From an uncultured cyanobacterium (GTDB lineage: Bacteria > Cyanobacteriota > Cyanobacteriia > Cyanobacteriales > CAWCAG01): a DNA stretch of 64,000 nt. The position numbers and the translations under genes were made by a program. The notes under the pieces were generated by a model. The model was not told where the DNA came from and searched no databases. It was given only the letters and a program-made list of their open reading frames with translations. The stretch is taken from positions 96,001 through 160,000 of the forward strand of contig CAWDOD010000009.1 in NCBI GenBank assembly GCA_963803805.1, in the 5' to 3' direction. Below, one piece after another: positions 31,953-43,187 of this stretch; positions within the stretch are counted from its first letter, which is position 1; each line of letters begins with the position of its first letter.

Positions 31953-34900
31953 ATGACTACCCTGGCAGATTATCGAATTATCGCTCAAATTTACGAGAGC
32001 AATTTTTCTGTTGTTTATCGTGCTATTAGGAATCGAGATAGTAAACCAATTATTCTTAAATTCCTGAAGCAGGATTACCCTAGTACGCAAGAAATTGCGA
32101 AATATAAACAGGAATATGAAATAACTCGCAATCTACGAAGTGAAGGGGTTATTCTTACCTATGGGTTACAAAAATATCAAAATACTCTGGTGATGATTTT
32201 AGAGGATTTTGGGGGGGAGTCTCTCAATTTTCTGTTTAAAAAACAGCCTTTGAATTTGGAAGAATTTTTACAAATAGCCCTAAAAATTGTTGATATTTTA
32301 GCAGAAATTCATAGTGCAGGAGTAATTCACAAAGATATTAATTTAAGCAATATTGTTTATAATCCTCAAACTAAGCAAGTCAAAATTATTGACTTTGGTA
32401 TTTCTACCGTTGTTACTCAAGAAAATCCTCCCCTTAAGAACCCTCAAATATTAGAAGGAACCTTAGCCTACATATCTCCTGAACAAACTGGTAGGATGAA
32501 CCGGGCAGTAGATTATCGTACAGATTTCTATTCAGTTGGAGTTAGTTTTTACGAATTACTAACCGGGCAAATCCCTTTTACGGCAACAGATGCTATGGAG
32601 TTGGTACATTGTCATTTAGCCAAACAACCTCTTTCTCCCCAGCAGCACAAACCTAATATTCCTCAAGTAATTAGCAATTTAGTTATGAAATTAATGGCTA
32701 AGAGGGCTGAGGACAGATATCAGAGTACCTGGAGTTTAAAAAAGGATCTTACTAAATGCTTGGTACAATACCAGGAAACGGGAAAAATTGAACTTTTTCC
32801 TTTAGGTGAACAGGATATTTCAGAACAATTCCTTTTGCCTCAAAAACTTTATGGTAGAGAAGCAGAAGTAGCAAGTTTGTTACAAGGTTTTGAGAGTGTA
32901 ACTAGTAATAGAGAAAACACTAAGACAAAAAAAACTAAATTAGTTCTTGTTTCTGGTTCTTCCGGCATTGGGAAATCGGCATTTGCTAGAGAACTATATA
33001 AACCAATTACCCAACGAAGGGGTTACTTTATTGCTGGGGAATTTGCGGAATTCCAAAGCAATATTCCTTATGCTGCTATTGCTAGGGCTTTTTCAAGTCT
33101 TGTTAAACAACTACTAACAGAAGAGCAGGATAAACTTAATCAATGGCGACACAAAATATTGGCTGCTGTTGGCAATAATGCCCAAGTAATTATTGAGGTT
33201 ATCCCTGAATTAGAATTAATTATTGGTAAGCAGACTGCGGTACAAAAGTTAGGTTTAATTGAATCTCAAAATCGCTTCAATTTTGTTTTTCTTAGTTTCA
33301 TGCAGATATTTTGTCAGCTAGAACATCCTTTAGTAATCTTTTTAGATAATTTGCAATGGGTTGATACTGCTTCTTTAAATTTAGTAGAGTTAATTTTAGC
33401 TGATCCCAAAACTGAATACCTATTTTTGATCGGTGCTTATCGAAATAATGAAGTGGACTCTAACCATCCTTTAACAGTAAGCTGTAACAGAATTGCTCAG
33501 AGAGGAATCCCTATAGAGCAAATCAATTTAGCCCCTTTAAATCTAAATCAAATCACACAATTTATTTCTGACACTGTACATCAAAATTGTCAAGAAGTAA
33601 GACCTTTAGCTGAGTTAGTGTGGCAAAAAACTAGAGGTAATCCTTTTTTTGTTAGTCAATTCTTACAAACTCTCTATCAAGAGAAACAAATATATTTTTA
33701 CCCCTTAGCTTCTGGAAAAGGAAAGTGGCAGTGGAATTTGCAGAAAATTGAAGATATTGCAATTACTGAAAATGTAGTTGACTTAATGGCAGTTAAGCTA
33801 CAAAAACTGCCCCAATCAACCTCTGAAATACTAAAAATAGCAGCTTGCATTGGCAATAACTTCGATCTCGATGTTTTATCTTTATTACAACAAGAAAATC
33901 ATAATGATATTTTTATCAATCTCTTACCTGCAATTCAAGAAGGATTTATCCTTCCCAACTCTGATATTCCCCTGGAAGCAGATTGGTTTACTTCTCCTCT
34001 TTTAGTAGCTAAATATAAATTTCCTCATGACAAAATTCGTCAGTCTGCTCTCGCTTTAATGGAGAGATGTCAGCAAAATAAATTGCACTGGAAAATTGGT
34101 GTTATATTATTGCAAAAATATCAGATTCAAACCGATAAAGAAGATATTTTTACTGTAGTAGATCATCTTAATTTGGGCAAAGAAACAATTACTGATTCCA
34201 CAAAGCTTTTCCAATTAGCTCGTTTAAATCTTATTGCTAGTAAAAAAGCGAGAGACACTACGGCTTATGGGGTTGCTAAACAGTATTTAATCACCATAAA
34301 AAATAGTTTAGGAGATGAAATTTGGCAAGATTATGCTTTAGCTTTTTCCTTACATAAAGATTTAGCTGAGTTAGAGTCTCTCCAAGGAAAATTTGCCCTT
34401 ACAGAAACATTACTAGAAGAACTTCTGCACCGAGCTAATTCAACTTTTGACCTGATCGAAATATATAGGATGATGATTGTACATTATACAGTCACTCTCC
34501 AAGAACAGAAAGCTATAGATATGGGGATAAAAGCTCTGGATTTGCTAGAGATTAAATTACCAGAAACCAAAGATTTTTCTATTGCTATACAGCAAGGATT
34601 AGCTAAAAATGAAGAGAAAATTAGAGGTCGCGAAATTGCCAGTTTAGTTAATGAACCAGAAGGGACAAAATTAGATAAAATTTTAGCAATTAAAATTCTC
34701 AATGCCTTATTAACTTCAATCTATCTTACTAAGCAAGAGGATTTGTTTTTCCTAATTGCCACTAGAATTGTTACTCTCTCTTTAGAATATGGCTTCGTTC
34801 CTGAGTCATCCTATGGAGTTGCCTGTTATGGAATGCTCTGGATGTTTAGGGAAAACAATTATCAACAAGGCTACAAATTTGGTTTGCTTGCTCGCGATCT

Positions 34901-37358
34901 TAGTCATCGCTTTGGCAAGTTAGATGATATTTGTAAAACTTGCTATATATTAGCGAATAACTTAATCCCTTGGGTTAAGCCTTTAAAAGAATCTGAAGCT
35001 ATTTTGGCAGAAGGGTATCATGCTGGTTTGAATGCAGGAGAATACAATTTTCTTAGCTATATTCTGATCGATAAATTACTCAACTCATTTTACCGTACTC
35101 AAAACTTAGAAAAGCTGCAAGAAGAAATGACTAAAGCTTTGCAGTTTGTCAACAAAATATCTCAAAAGTTAGCTATTGATACTATTACTGCTTTGCAAAG
35201 TATTGTTCTTAAATTAACTGGAGAAACATCTGATAAATATGTTTTAACTAGTCAAAAATTTAACGATGATGATGATCTAATAAAATGTCATAAGCAAGCT
35301 AATTATTACTCTTTATGCCACTATCATTTACTTAAAGCTAAACTATTATATATTTTCGGGGAAGTAGACCTAGCTTTACAAGAAGTTATAGCTACTGGAG
35401 ACATTAATTCTACTCTTCCTGGTAAGTTTCAAGTAACTGAACATAATTTTTACCACTCCCTGTGTTTAACGGCTCTTTATTTAAAAGTTTCTCCTCAACA
35501 ACAAAATCAGTATTGGCAGCAATTAGAAAAAAATCAAGCAAAAATGCAAATCTGGGCAGATCAATGTCCGGAGAACTTTTTAGCTAAACATCTTCTAGTT
35601 GCCGCAGAAATAGCTCGTATTCAGCACCAACAAATAGAAGCAATAAACTTATATAACCAAGCTATTGAAACGGCTCAGAATAGCAACTTTATGCAAGTTG
35701 AAGCTATTGCCCACGAGCTAGTTGCTCAATTTTGGTCAAGTCAAAATAACCAAAGATATGCCTTTGCCCATTGGCGAGATGCTTATTATAAATATCAATT
35801 ATGGGGAGCTAAAAGTAAAGTAAAAGACCTAGAGAAAAACCATCCTGAACTGCTAACTTCCCAACCAGGAACAGTCCACTGGCAAGAAATCAATAAATCT
35901 TATACTTCCACAGTTAATACTAGTAGTAGTTCTAGTCTAGTTCTCGATTTTGTTACTGTAGTTAAAGCCTCTCAAGCCATCTCTGGAGAAATTGTCTTTG
36001 ATAAGCTTCTGGCTAACTTAATGAAGATTGCTACTGAAAATGCTGGTGCTAGGGAGGGCTTTCTGCTCTTACAAAGAGATAACAAAATGTTAGTAGAAGC
36101 AGTGGCTTCTGTAGAAGATCCCTCATTAGTTTACAATACTGTACCTATTGATGCTTGCCATAACCTACCTTGGACAATTGTTAACTATGTAACCAGAACT
36201 AAGTTTGATGTTGTTCTTAATGATGCTGCTAAGGAAGGAGATTTTGTTAATGACCCCTATATTGCTTATAAACAACTTAAGTCAGTCCTTTGTACTCCCA
36301 TTCTCAATCAAGGTAAATTACTAGGAATTTTATATTTAGAAAATAACTTAATCAAAGGAGGCTTCACTGAAGAACGTCTCGAAATATTGCGTATTCTCGC
36401 TGCACAAGCAGCTATCTCCATAGAAAATGCCTTACTCTATGCTTCGGTAGAAAACAAAGTTGCCGCAAGAACCAAAGAATTAAATAACAAAAACTTTGAC
36501 TTAGCACACACTTTGCAACAACTAAAATATACTCAATCTCAACTTGTACAAAGTGAGAAAATGTCTAGCTTAGGCCAAATGATAGCTGGTATTGCCCATG
36601 AAATAAATAATCCTGTCAGTTTTATTTATGGCAATATAGAATATGCAAGGGAATATATCCAAGACCTACTCAACTTAATTAATAGTTACAAAGAAGAATA
36701 TCCCCAGCCTTCGCAAAAAATCAAGGAAGTCACAGAAACTATTGATTTAGAATTTTTAGTTCAAGACTTACAAAAGCTGCTCAAATCTATGAAAGTGGGA
36801 GCAGAACGTATTCGCAATATTGTTGTTTCCTTAAAGAACTTTTCGCGTCTTGATCGCTTAAAGAAAAGCCCTGTGGATCTTCACGAAGGTTTAGATAACA
36901 CCATCCTAATTTTGCAACATCGCTTGAGAGGCAAAGGTGAAAAACCAAGCATTAAATTAATTAAAAACTATGGTGACTTACCTTTGGTAACTTGCTATGG
37001 AAGCCAATTGAATCAAGTATTCATGAATCTTCTCGCTAATGCCATCGACGCTTTAGAAGGCAAAGGTAGCGAACAAAATATCTCTATTAAAGACCCCACA
37101 ATCACCATTACTACTGAACTAGCTTTCTCAGTTGCTATAATCCGTATTATTGACAACGGGCCAGGTATAAGTACAGAATTACAAAGCAAGATCTTTGACC
37201 CCTTCTTTACCACAAAATCTGTTGGTTCTGGTACTGGCTTAGGCTTATCCATTAGCTACCAAATAGTCGTCGAGAAACACGGTGGCAGCCTCAGTTGCCA
37301 TTCTTTTTTAGGTCAAGGAACTGAATTTATTATTGAAATTCCTTTAGCTAATTACTAA
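31953..37358 (+). CDS. Multi-domain Ser/Thr kinase-AAA ATPase-GAF-histidine kinase (HstK-like)
   Basis: HKDI/DFG/SPEQTG kinase, GSSGIGKS P-loop, GAF, AHEINNP, GTGLGL. Confidence 0.9.
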   Translation: MTTLADYRIIAQIYESNFSVVYRAIRNRDSKPIILKFLKQDYPSTQEIAKYKQEYEITRNLRSEGVILTYGLQKYQNTLVMILEDFGGESLNFLFKKQPLNLEEFLQIALKIVDILAEIHSAGVIHKDINLSNIVYNPQTKQVKIIDFGISTVVTQENPPLKNPQILEGTLAYISPEQTGRMNRAVDYRTDFYSVGVSFYELLTGQIPFTATDAMELVHCHLAKQPLSPQQHKPNIPQVISNLVMKLMAKRAEDRYQSTWSLKKDLTKCLVQYQETGKIELFPLGEQDISEQFLLPQKLYGREAEVASLLQGFESVTSNRENTKTKKTKLVLVSGSSGIGKSAFARELYKPITQRRGYFIAGEFAEFQSNIPYAAIARAFSSLVKQLLTEEQDKLNQWRHKILAAVGNNAQVIIEVIPELELIIGKQTAVQKLGLIESQNRFNFVFLSFMQIFCQLEHPLVIFLDNLQWVDTASLNLVELILADPKTEYLFLIGAYRNNEVDSNHPLTVSCNRIAQRGIPIEQINLAPLNLNQITQFISDTVHQNCQEVRPLAELVWQKTRGNPFFVSQFLQTLYQEKQIYFYPLASGKGKWQWNLQKIEDIAITENVVDLMAVKLQKLPQSTSEILKIAACIGNNFDLDVLSLLQQENHNDIFINLLPAIQEGFILPNSDIPLEADWFTSPLLVAKYKFPHDKIRQSALALMERCQQNKLHWKIGVILLQKYQIQTDKEDIFTVVDHLNLGKETITDSTKLFQLARLNLIASKKARDTTAYGVAKQYLITIKNSLGDEIWQDYALAFSLHKDLAELESLQGKFALTETLLEELLHRANSTFDLIEIYRMMIVHYTVTLQEQKAIDMGIKALDLLEIKLPETKDFSIAIQQGLAKNEEKIRGREIASLVNEPEGTKLDKILAIKILNALLTSIYLTKQEDLFFLIATRIVTLSLEYGFVPESSYGVACYGMLWMFRENNYQQGYKFGLLARDLSHRFGKLDDICKTCYILANNLIPWVKPLKESEAILAEGYHAGLNAGEYNFLSYILIDKLLNSFYRTQNLEKLQEEMTKALQFVNKISQKLAIDTITALQSIVLKLTGETSDKYVLTSQKFNDDDDLIKCHKQANYYSLCHYHLLKAKLLYIFGEVDLALQEVIATGDINSTLPGKFQVTEHNFYHSLCLTALYLKVSPQQQNQYWQQLEKNQAKMQIWADQCPENFLAKHLLVAAEIARIQHQQIEAINLYNQAIETAQNSNFMQVEAIAHELVAQFWSSQNNQRYAFAHWRDAYYKYQLWGAKSKVKDLEKNHPELLTSQPGTVHWQEINKSYTSTVNTSSSSSLVLDFVTVVKASQAISGEIVFDKLLANLMKIATENAGAREGFLLLQRDNKMLVEAVASVEDPSLVYNTVPIDACHNLPWTIVNYVTRTKFDVVLNDAAKEGDFVNDPYIAYKQLKSVLCTPILNQGKLLGILYLENNLIKGGFTEERLEILRILAAQAAISIENALLYASVENKVAARTKELNNKNFDLAHTLQQLKYTQSQLVQSEKMSSLGQMIAGIAHEINNPVSFIYGNIEYAREYIQDLLNLINSYKEEYPQPSQKIKEVTETIDLEFLVQDLQKLLKSMKVGAERIRNIVVSLKNFSRLDRLKKSPVDLHEGLDNTILILQHRLRGKGEKPSIKLIKNYGDLPLVTCYGSQLNQVFMNLLANAIDALEGKGSEQNISIKDPTITITTELAFSVAIIRIIDNGPGISTELQSKIFDPFFTTKSVGSGTGLGLSISYQIVVEKHGGSLSCHSFLGQGTEFIIEIPLANY

Positions 37359-37449
37359 CAGCATTTATCATTTATTATTAATAATAAATTTTCTTTTGTC
37401 TAAGCCAAGTAATGACTTCCGCGAAGCGGCTGACTTCCCAATAAAAACC

Positions 37450-38193
37450 ATGTCTCAACTACCTACAACCTTAGACGATGCGATCGCCCAAGCTAAACAA
37501 GCGACTCAAACAGCTCTTAATGATGGTCATAGCTGTCTGCAAGTTGAGTTAGTCTTAGCAGAAATTGCTCTTCAATCTCAATATATTGCTAAAGAGTTTA
37601 CCTCCATACTCTCTGAATATGGTTCCGGCTTAAAAGTTTTCTTCCCTGACGCTGGTGCTGCTGCTTTAGCTTGTCGAGATTGGGGAGAAGTACCCTTTAA
37701 AATTGAAGATCTAGGTACTAGTCGCTCCCCTGTTACAAGGAGAATTAGTTCAGAAGATCGAGCCTTCCTCGTCGTTAGTCCTTCCTCAGTAGAAGTAGAA
37801 CAAGTAGAAAAACTCTGTAACCTCGCAGAAGATCGCCCTGTAATCATTCTTATTCCTCAACTAGAAAACGTTTCCGTCGTCGGCATTGGCTATGCTGCCC
37901 GTCAATTAAGGGAGCGCTTCCTCAGCAATCTTTTTACCTCCTACTATGTTAGATCCTTAGAAGGGGCTGCTCTGACACGCTTCTATCCCTCTCCTTGGCA
38001 GGTATGGCTAGAAAAAGGAAAAGACTATGAATTAGTAACTGAGCTACAACAAAAGCCAGTAGGAGAAGCATTAGAGCGCATCATCTTCTCTGCCATTAAC
38101 CCAGAGACTGATACTCCACAATCAAACCATAGACCCAAAAAAAAGGGTGTTTTTGCTAATATGCAACGTTTTCTCAAAGCCTTGAGCCAATAA
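37450..38193 (+). CDS. DUF1995 family protein
   Basis: FPDAGAAALA, GIGYAARQLRERF; likely start MSQLP at 37450. Confidence 0.85.
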   Translation: MSQLPTTLDDAIAQAKQATQTALNDGHSCLQVELVLAEIALQSQYIAKEFTSILSEYGSGLKVFFPDAGAAALACRDWGEVPFKIEDLGTSRSPVTRRISSEDRAFLVVSPSSVEVEQVEKLCNLAEDRPVIILIPQLENVSVVGIGYAARQLRERFLSNLFTSYYVRSLEGAALTRFYPSPWQVWLEKGKDYELVTELQQKPVGEALERIIFSAINPETDTPQSNHRPKKKGVFANMQRFLKALSQ

Positions 38194-38406
38194 AAGTTGT
38201 TATTTATCTCCCTGTTGTGCTAACAGTTGGTTTTCAACTTTTCTCCTGCTAGGATAGTAGTGTGAGAATGAAGGTATAGATGACAGCGTTTGTTTTTATT
38301 TAGTATTGACAGGTTTCTTCCCGTTTAGTATTGATAGACTTCTGTTGTGAAATCTGATTTCCTCTTAATCTCGACACACACACAGTTTTAACTTGGGACA
38401 CAAACT

Positions 38407-38718
38407 ATGTCAATTTATGTAGGCAATCTATCCTATGAGGTAACGGAAGAAGACCTCAGTAATGTTTTTGCCGAATATGGAACAGTCAAGCGGGTTCATT
38501 TGCCTACTGATCGTCAAACAGGCCGTATGCGTGGCTTTGCCTTTGTGGAAATGGAAACAGAAACCGAAGAAGAAGCAGCAATTACCCAGCTAGATGGGGC
38601 AGAGTGGATGGATCGCGAAATCAAAGTTAACAAAGCCAAACCCCGTGAGAAAAGGAACTCATTTGGCGGTGGCGGTGGCGGTGGCGGTGGCCGCAGAAAC
38701 GAGCGCTCTCGCTTCTAA
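38407..38718 (+). CDS. rbp: RRM RNA-binding protein with Gly-rich tail (Rbp family)
   Basis: IYVGNL (RNP2), RGFAFVEM (RNP1). Confidence 0.92.
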   Translation: MSIYVGNLSYEVTEEDLSNVFAEYGTVKRVHLPTDRQTGRMRGFAFVEMETETEEEAAITQLDGAEWMDREIKVNKAKPREKRNSFGGGGGGGGGRRNERSRF

Positions 38719-38773
38719 GATAGCTTAAGCCTAGATAATGAGCTAATTAAATCGACATAGAGAGGTTTTTAAC

Positions 38774-38816
38774 CACAAAGAAGACGCAATAATTTATAGC
38801 TTGCGTCTTCTTTGTG
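38774..38816. terminator. Perfect 16-bp stem-loop between convergent rbp and PII genes
   Basis: cacaaagaagacgcaa-N11-ttgcgtcttctttgtg. Confidence 0.75.
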
Positions 38817-38826
38817 AAAAGAGGGC

Positions 38827-39228
<402 letters not shown>

Positions 39229-39239
39229 TTAAAGTTTTT

Positions 39240-39253
39240 GTAGCTTTTAATAC
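39240..39253. promoter_or_regulatory. NtcA binding site upstream of the PII gene
   Basis: GTA-GCTTTTAA-TAC, a perfect GTA-N8-TAC about 75 bp upstream of the start. Confidence 0.6.
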
Positions 39254-39275
39254 TTTTCATGGTGATTCTGTTTGG

Positions 39276-39623
39276 CTAAGGAAGGCGACTCGTAACGCGA
39301 CCAAGAATTTGCTCCGAGTTAACTAAACCAAAAGAGCGGCTATCAGTGCTGGCTGAAGCATTATCTCCTTTGAGGAAACAAGAACCATCTTCAAACACCC
39401 CAGTTACTCTTTTGACTAAGCGCAAGTTTGACAAATGAGGATGTTTAGCAACGACTAAATCCCCAGGCTTAGGGAGCTTGTTTTTATAAGCTTGGGTATC
39501 AACAAGAATCTCTTCCCCTGGTTGTAGCAAAGGTAGCATAGAAACTCCTGTAATCCTAAGCCGCCAGCGCTTCCTCAGCAGCCAAAGCACTAGTTCTTTT
39601 GTGCTGCTTTCCCCTAATACCAT
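39276..39623 (-). CDS. sodX: Nickel superoxide dismutase maturation protease
   Basis: S26-like GVSMLP, VKRV, GDNxxxSTDSRSFG; directly downstream of sodN. Confidence 0.92.
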   Translation of the reverse strand: MVLGESSTKELVLWLLRKRWRLRITGVSMLPLLQPGEEILVDTQAYKNKLPKPGDLVVAKHPHLSNLRLVKRVTGVFEDGSCFLKGDNASASTDSRSFGLVNSEQILGRVTSRLP

Positions 39624-39745
39624 TGATAATTAATTAAACATTAAACATTTATCAAAGGAGAAACCAAACCTCTTAATTGCTGCCAAAGATTTTGAGACAG
39701 TAACTAGGAAGCTCAGTTTCTATAATTTTATGCTAATAAATTCAG

Positions 39746-40219
39746 TTAGCTAGCTTTGACCCAAGCAACATCGCGATCTTTTGTTGCCCAGAACATATCA
39801 TGAATCTTATGTACAGCATCCAAAAGTTCATTAGCGTGTTGTGAGTTAACTTCTACTTTACAAGAAGAGCAAAGTTTGGCAGCTTTCCAGAAAGTATCGT
39901 GTAAATCAGGATACTTATCTAAGTGTACTGGCTTAAAGTAGTCAGTCCAGAGAATGAGTATTTCTTCTTTTGCTTTCTGAGCTTGCTCTTCTTTGATGGC
40001 AACATAGCGAGAGAAGGTATTGTTATAAGCAATTAAAGCTTCTTTGTCGCTAGGATCAGGAACTTCTAGATCAAGAAGCTTTTTGGTCATAGAAACTACA
40101 GCTTCTGTATAAATTCTAGCAGCAGCAGGATCATAAACACCGCAAGGTCCATCGCAGTGAGCGCTTACTTCCTGAGCTGGAAACCAATTTTTTACTTTTG
40201 AAGCAAATTTTTTGAGCAT
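39746..40219 (-). CDS. sodN: Nickel superoxide dismutase
   Basis: Leader followed by Ni-hook HCDGPCGVYDP; LWTDYF. Confidence 0.96.
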   Translation of the reverse strand: MLKKFASKVKNWFPAQEVSAHCDGPCGVYDPAAARIYTEAVVSMTKKLLDLEVPDPSDKEALIAYNNTFSRYVAIKEEQAQKAKEEILILWTDYFKPVHLDKYPDLHDTFWKAAKLCSSCKVEVNSQHANELLDAVHKIHDMFWATKDRDVAWVKAS

Positions 40220-40319
40220 AGTATTCACAAGTTTGTTAGTTTTCAGTGCTGTTGAAAAAAATATTCACAGAGAGAGTCGTGTAATTGCTTACCGCTGAGT
40301 ATCCCCCCCCTACCCATCT

Positions 40320-40383
40320 AGCTTAATGTGATTCAGGTAAGGGAGCAAGGTGATCAATTGATAATTATTATTGATAATTATTA
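40320..40383 (-). promoter_or_regulatory. Putative sodN promoter with upstream Fur-family-like box
   Basis: Minus strand TTGCTC-N17-TAAGCT (40348-40320); TGATAAT-T-ATTATTG at 40359-40373 within a duplicated ttgataattatta. Confidence 0.4.
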
Positions 40384-40404
40384 AAGAACTATTACCCTAA
40401 AAGC

Positions 40405-41181
40405 TTACAAAGTTAAGGGAACTCCTAATTTTCCACCCCGCAGCAAGTCGGTAACTTCATCTGTGTATTGGTGAAACTGTTGGAGACGCTTAGTTTGATA
40501 GTCACGTTTTTGGGGTAAATCAATGACTACTTCTGCTTGGATTTTACCAGGGCTAGGAGTGAGAACATAGACCCGTTGGGAGAGAAACACTGCTTCTGTC
40601 ACATCGTGGGTAATCATTAAAATCGTCGTATCAGTACGCCGCCAAATATCCAACAGGAATAGTTGCATATTCTCTTTCGTTTGTATATCTAAAGCCCCAA
40701 AAGGTTCGTCTAGTAAAAGAATTTTGGGCTGACAAGCTAAAGCACGGGCGATCGCCACTCTTTGTTTCATGCCCCCCGATAGTTCTTTCGGATAGGCTGT
40801 GGCAAATTGGGATAAGCCGACGACATCTAAGTAATAAGCTGCTGATTCTTGCCGTGCTTTTTTAGCCATCCCTTGAAGTTTGAGGCCAAATTCTACATTA
40901 GCAGCTACTGAGAGCCAAGGATAAAGGGTATATTTCTGGAATACCATACCACGATCTGAGCCTGGGCCTGTTACTTGAACCCCATCAACAACAATCTTTC
41001 CCCCGGTGGGTGTTTCTAAGCCTGCAACCAGTCTTAATAAAGTTGATTTTCCTGAGCCTGAAGCACCAACAACACAGATAAACTCTCCTGTTTCTACGTG
41101 CAAGTTGATATCTTGCAGGGCTAAGAAAGAGCTTTTACCAGTAAGAAATTTTTTTTCTAAGTGACAAACTTCTAAGTGCAT
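40405..41181 (-). CDS. ABC transporter ATP-binding protein (NitT/TauT type)
   Basis: GASGSGKS, LSGGMKQR, LLDEPFGALD, ITHD. Confidence 0.92.
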   Translation of the reverse strand: MHLEVCHLEKKFLTGKSSFLALQDINLHVETGEFICVVGASGSGKSTLLRLVAGLETPTGGKIVVDGVQVTGPGSDRGMVFQKYTLYPWLSVAANVEFGLKLQGMAKKARQESAAYYLDVVGLSQFATAYPKELSGGMKQRVAIARALACQPKILLLDEPFGALDIQTKENMQLFLLDIWRRTDTTILMITHDVTEAVFLSQRVYVLTPSPGKIQAEVVIDLPQKRDYQTKRLQQFHQYTDEVTDLLRGGKLGVPLTL

Positions 41182-41246
41182 GATGTTTTGCTATTTGCTC
41201 ATCGCTAATTGTTTTGTTAATTATTGAATGTTTTCCTCTTCAGCAA

Positions 41247-42056
41247 TTAATCAAATGCCCATTTACAACTGCTTTTGAGTAACAAACGAAAGGATAAATC
41301 TAGAGCGAAGCCAATTAAACCAAGAACGATTAAACAAGCAAATATTTCGTCAGTCTTAAGGAACTTTTGAGCTAATAAAATTCGCTTACCTAAACCATCT
41401 TCTGCGGCAATTAATTCAGCTACTACTACTAAGTTCCAAGAAGCAGCCATATTAATACGAAAAGCATCAATAATATTGGGAACAATGTAGGGGGTAATTA
41501 CTTGAAATAAGACTTGGTGGCGCAGTCCCCCTAAAGTATAGGTTGTTTCAATCAAATCCTTGGGAACAAATTTCACTGCATCCATAATCATCAAGATATT
41601 AAAAAAGACTGTGCCGATAAAAATCAGGGCAATTTTTGACTCTTCATTGATATCTAAATAAATAATTAATAAGGGTACAAAAGCAGGGGCAGGCATATAG
41701 CGGACGATGCCAATTATGGGTTCAAATAAAGCACGAATACTAGGAAAAGTTCCCATAGCAATGCCAACCGGAATAGCCACAATTACAATAAAGAAAAAGC
41801 CAATTCCTACTCTAAAAACGCTAGCAAAAGTATCTTTAATTAAAAAACCCTTTTCCCAAAGCCGAATAAAAGCTGCCCCTACATCTTGGGGACTAGGAAG
41901 AAAAATTCCCTCTATCCCCCCGTAATTGGAAATTAACCACCAAGTACAAAAAGGAATAATTACTGAGAGGGAAAGCAGAAATAAATTCAAAGAACGGGGA
42001 ATATCTTCGGTGATACGCCAAAATACAGTTGGTTTTAAACGTTTATCATTTCTCAT
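41247..42056 (-). CDS. ABC transporter permease (NitT/TauT type)
   Basis: FLPSP, multiple TM helices, WNLVVVAELI. Confidence 0.9.
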   Translation of the reverse strand: MRNDKRLKPTVFWRITEDIPRSLNLFLLSLSVIIPFCTWWLISNYGGIEGIFLPSPQDVGAAFIRLWEKGFLIKDTFASVFRVGIGFFFIVIVAIPVGIAMGTFPSIRALFEPIIGIVRYMPAPAFVPLLIIYLDINEESKIALIFIGTVFFNILMIMDAVKFVPKDLIETTYTLGGLRHQVLFQVITPYIVPNIIDAFRINMAASWNLVVVAELIAAEDGLGKRILLAQKFLKTDEIFACLIVLGLIGFALDLSFRLLLKSSCKWAFD

Positions 42057-42124
42057 CTATCATTAAACATTTATCTTCTGTTTTTTGACTAACTTGATTA
42101 AAAGGTAACAAGTTCACCTATGAC

Positions 42125-43171
42125 CTATGATTCTGCATAAGCTTTAACAAATTGGTCATCGAGAATTTTTTCTAAATCAGGGGCTTCTTCAATAAAACCT
42201 ACACCTACCATAAAATCAGCCATTTTTTTAGCTGCGTAGGGCATATACTTCATAGAATCTCCAGGACTAAATGCTTCTAGGTTTTCCTCAATGGTAAATA
42301 TTTTTGTTCCTTCCTTGAACAGTTGGAGTTCTTCGACACTAACATCTGCCCGTTTAGCCATAATTTCGTCAGCTTTTTCGGGATTTTCTGCCATAAAATC
42401 AAGGACATCAAACCAAGTATTAACCAAAGCTTGAACTTGTTCTGGTTGTTCGTCTACTAACTTTTGAGTAACTACTAATAAATCAGGTATAGCCCCAGGA
42501 AACTCTTTAGAAGTAATTAATTCTTTGCTTCCTTCCCGTTCTAATGCTATCAACCAAAAAGGTGGGAATGCTCCCACCGCATCAGTTTTGCCTGCTGCAA
42601 AAGCTGCTGCTGCTGCTCCTGTTTCTAGGTTAACTATTTTGACATCATCCCTAGACATTCCTGCTTCTTCTAAAGCCAGAGAAAGGAGAAAATCATCTAC
42701 AACTCCTTCTTCAACAGCAACCTCTTTCCCTTCCAAATCTTCGATACTATTAATTTCTTCTGTAACAATAATTTTGTCATTACCCGCTGAATTATCATTA
42801 ACTAATACTGCTACCTCACCGTCTATCGCTTCTCCAGCGAAGGAAATAGTATCGTTTAAGGTTTGGCAATTGCCATCAATTTGTCCAGCGGCTAAAGCGT
42901 TCATAGACTCTAAATAGCCATCAAACCACTTCATTTCAACATTGGCATTATTCTTCTCAAATAATCCTTCTTCTTCGGCGATCGCCCAAGGCCACCAACC
43001 GGCCCAGTTACTATAACCTATAACAATAGGAGCAGAAGTAGAAGAGGATGGGCTACTCGTACTCGTATTTGTATCAGCCGGGTTGCTTTCGGGAGAGCGG
43101 GAGCAACTAACCGCTACTACTAAGCTAAAGAAAAAAACCGTACAGAGGGAAAGAAATTTTCGCTTTGTCAT
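42125..43171 (-). CDS. ABC transporter substrate-binding lipoprotein (guanidine/urea-carboxylase-associated type, sll1080-like)
   Basis: Lipobox VAVSC; GYSNWAGWWPW, DNSAGND, AIPDL motifs. Confidence 0.8.
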   Translation of the reverse strand: MTKRKFLSLCTVFFFSLVVAVSCSRSPESNPADTNTSTSSPSSSTSAPIVIGYSNWAGWWPWAIAEEEGLFEKNNANVEMKWFDGYLESMNALAAGQIDGNCQTLNDTISFAGEAIDGEVAVLVNDNSAGNDKIIVTEEINSIEDLEGKEVAVEEGVVDDFLLSLALEEAGMSRDDVKIVNLETGAAAAAFAAGKTDAVGAFPPFWLIALEREGSKELITSKEFPGAIPDLLVVTQKLVDEQPEQVQALVNTWFDVLDFMAENPEKADEIMAKRADVSVEELQLFKEGTKIFTIEENLEAFSPGDSMKYMPYAAKKMADFMVGVGFIEEAPDLEKILDDQFVKAYAES

Positions 43172-43187
43172 CAGTTAAAACAAGTCC

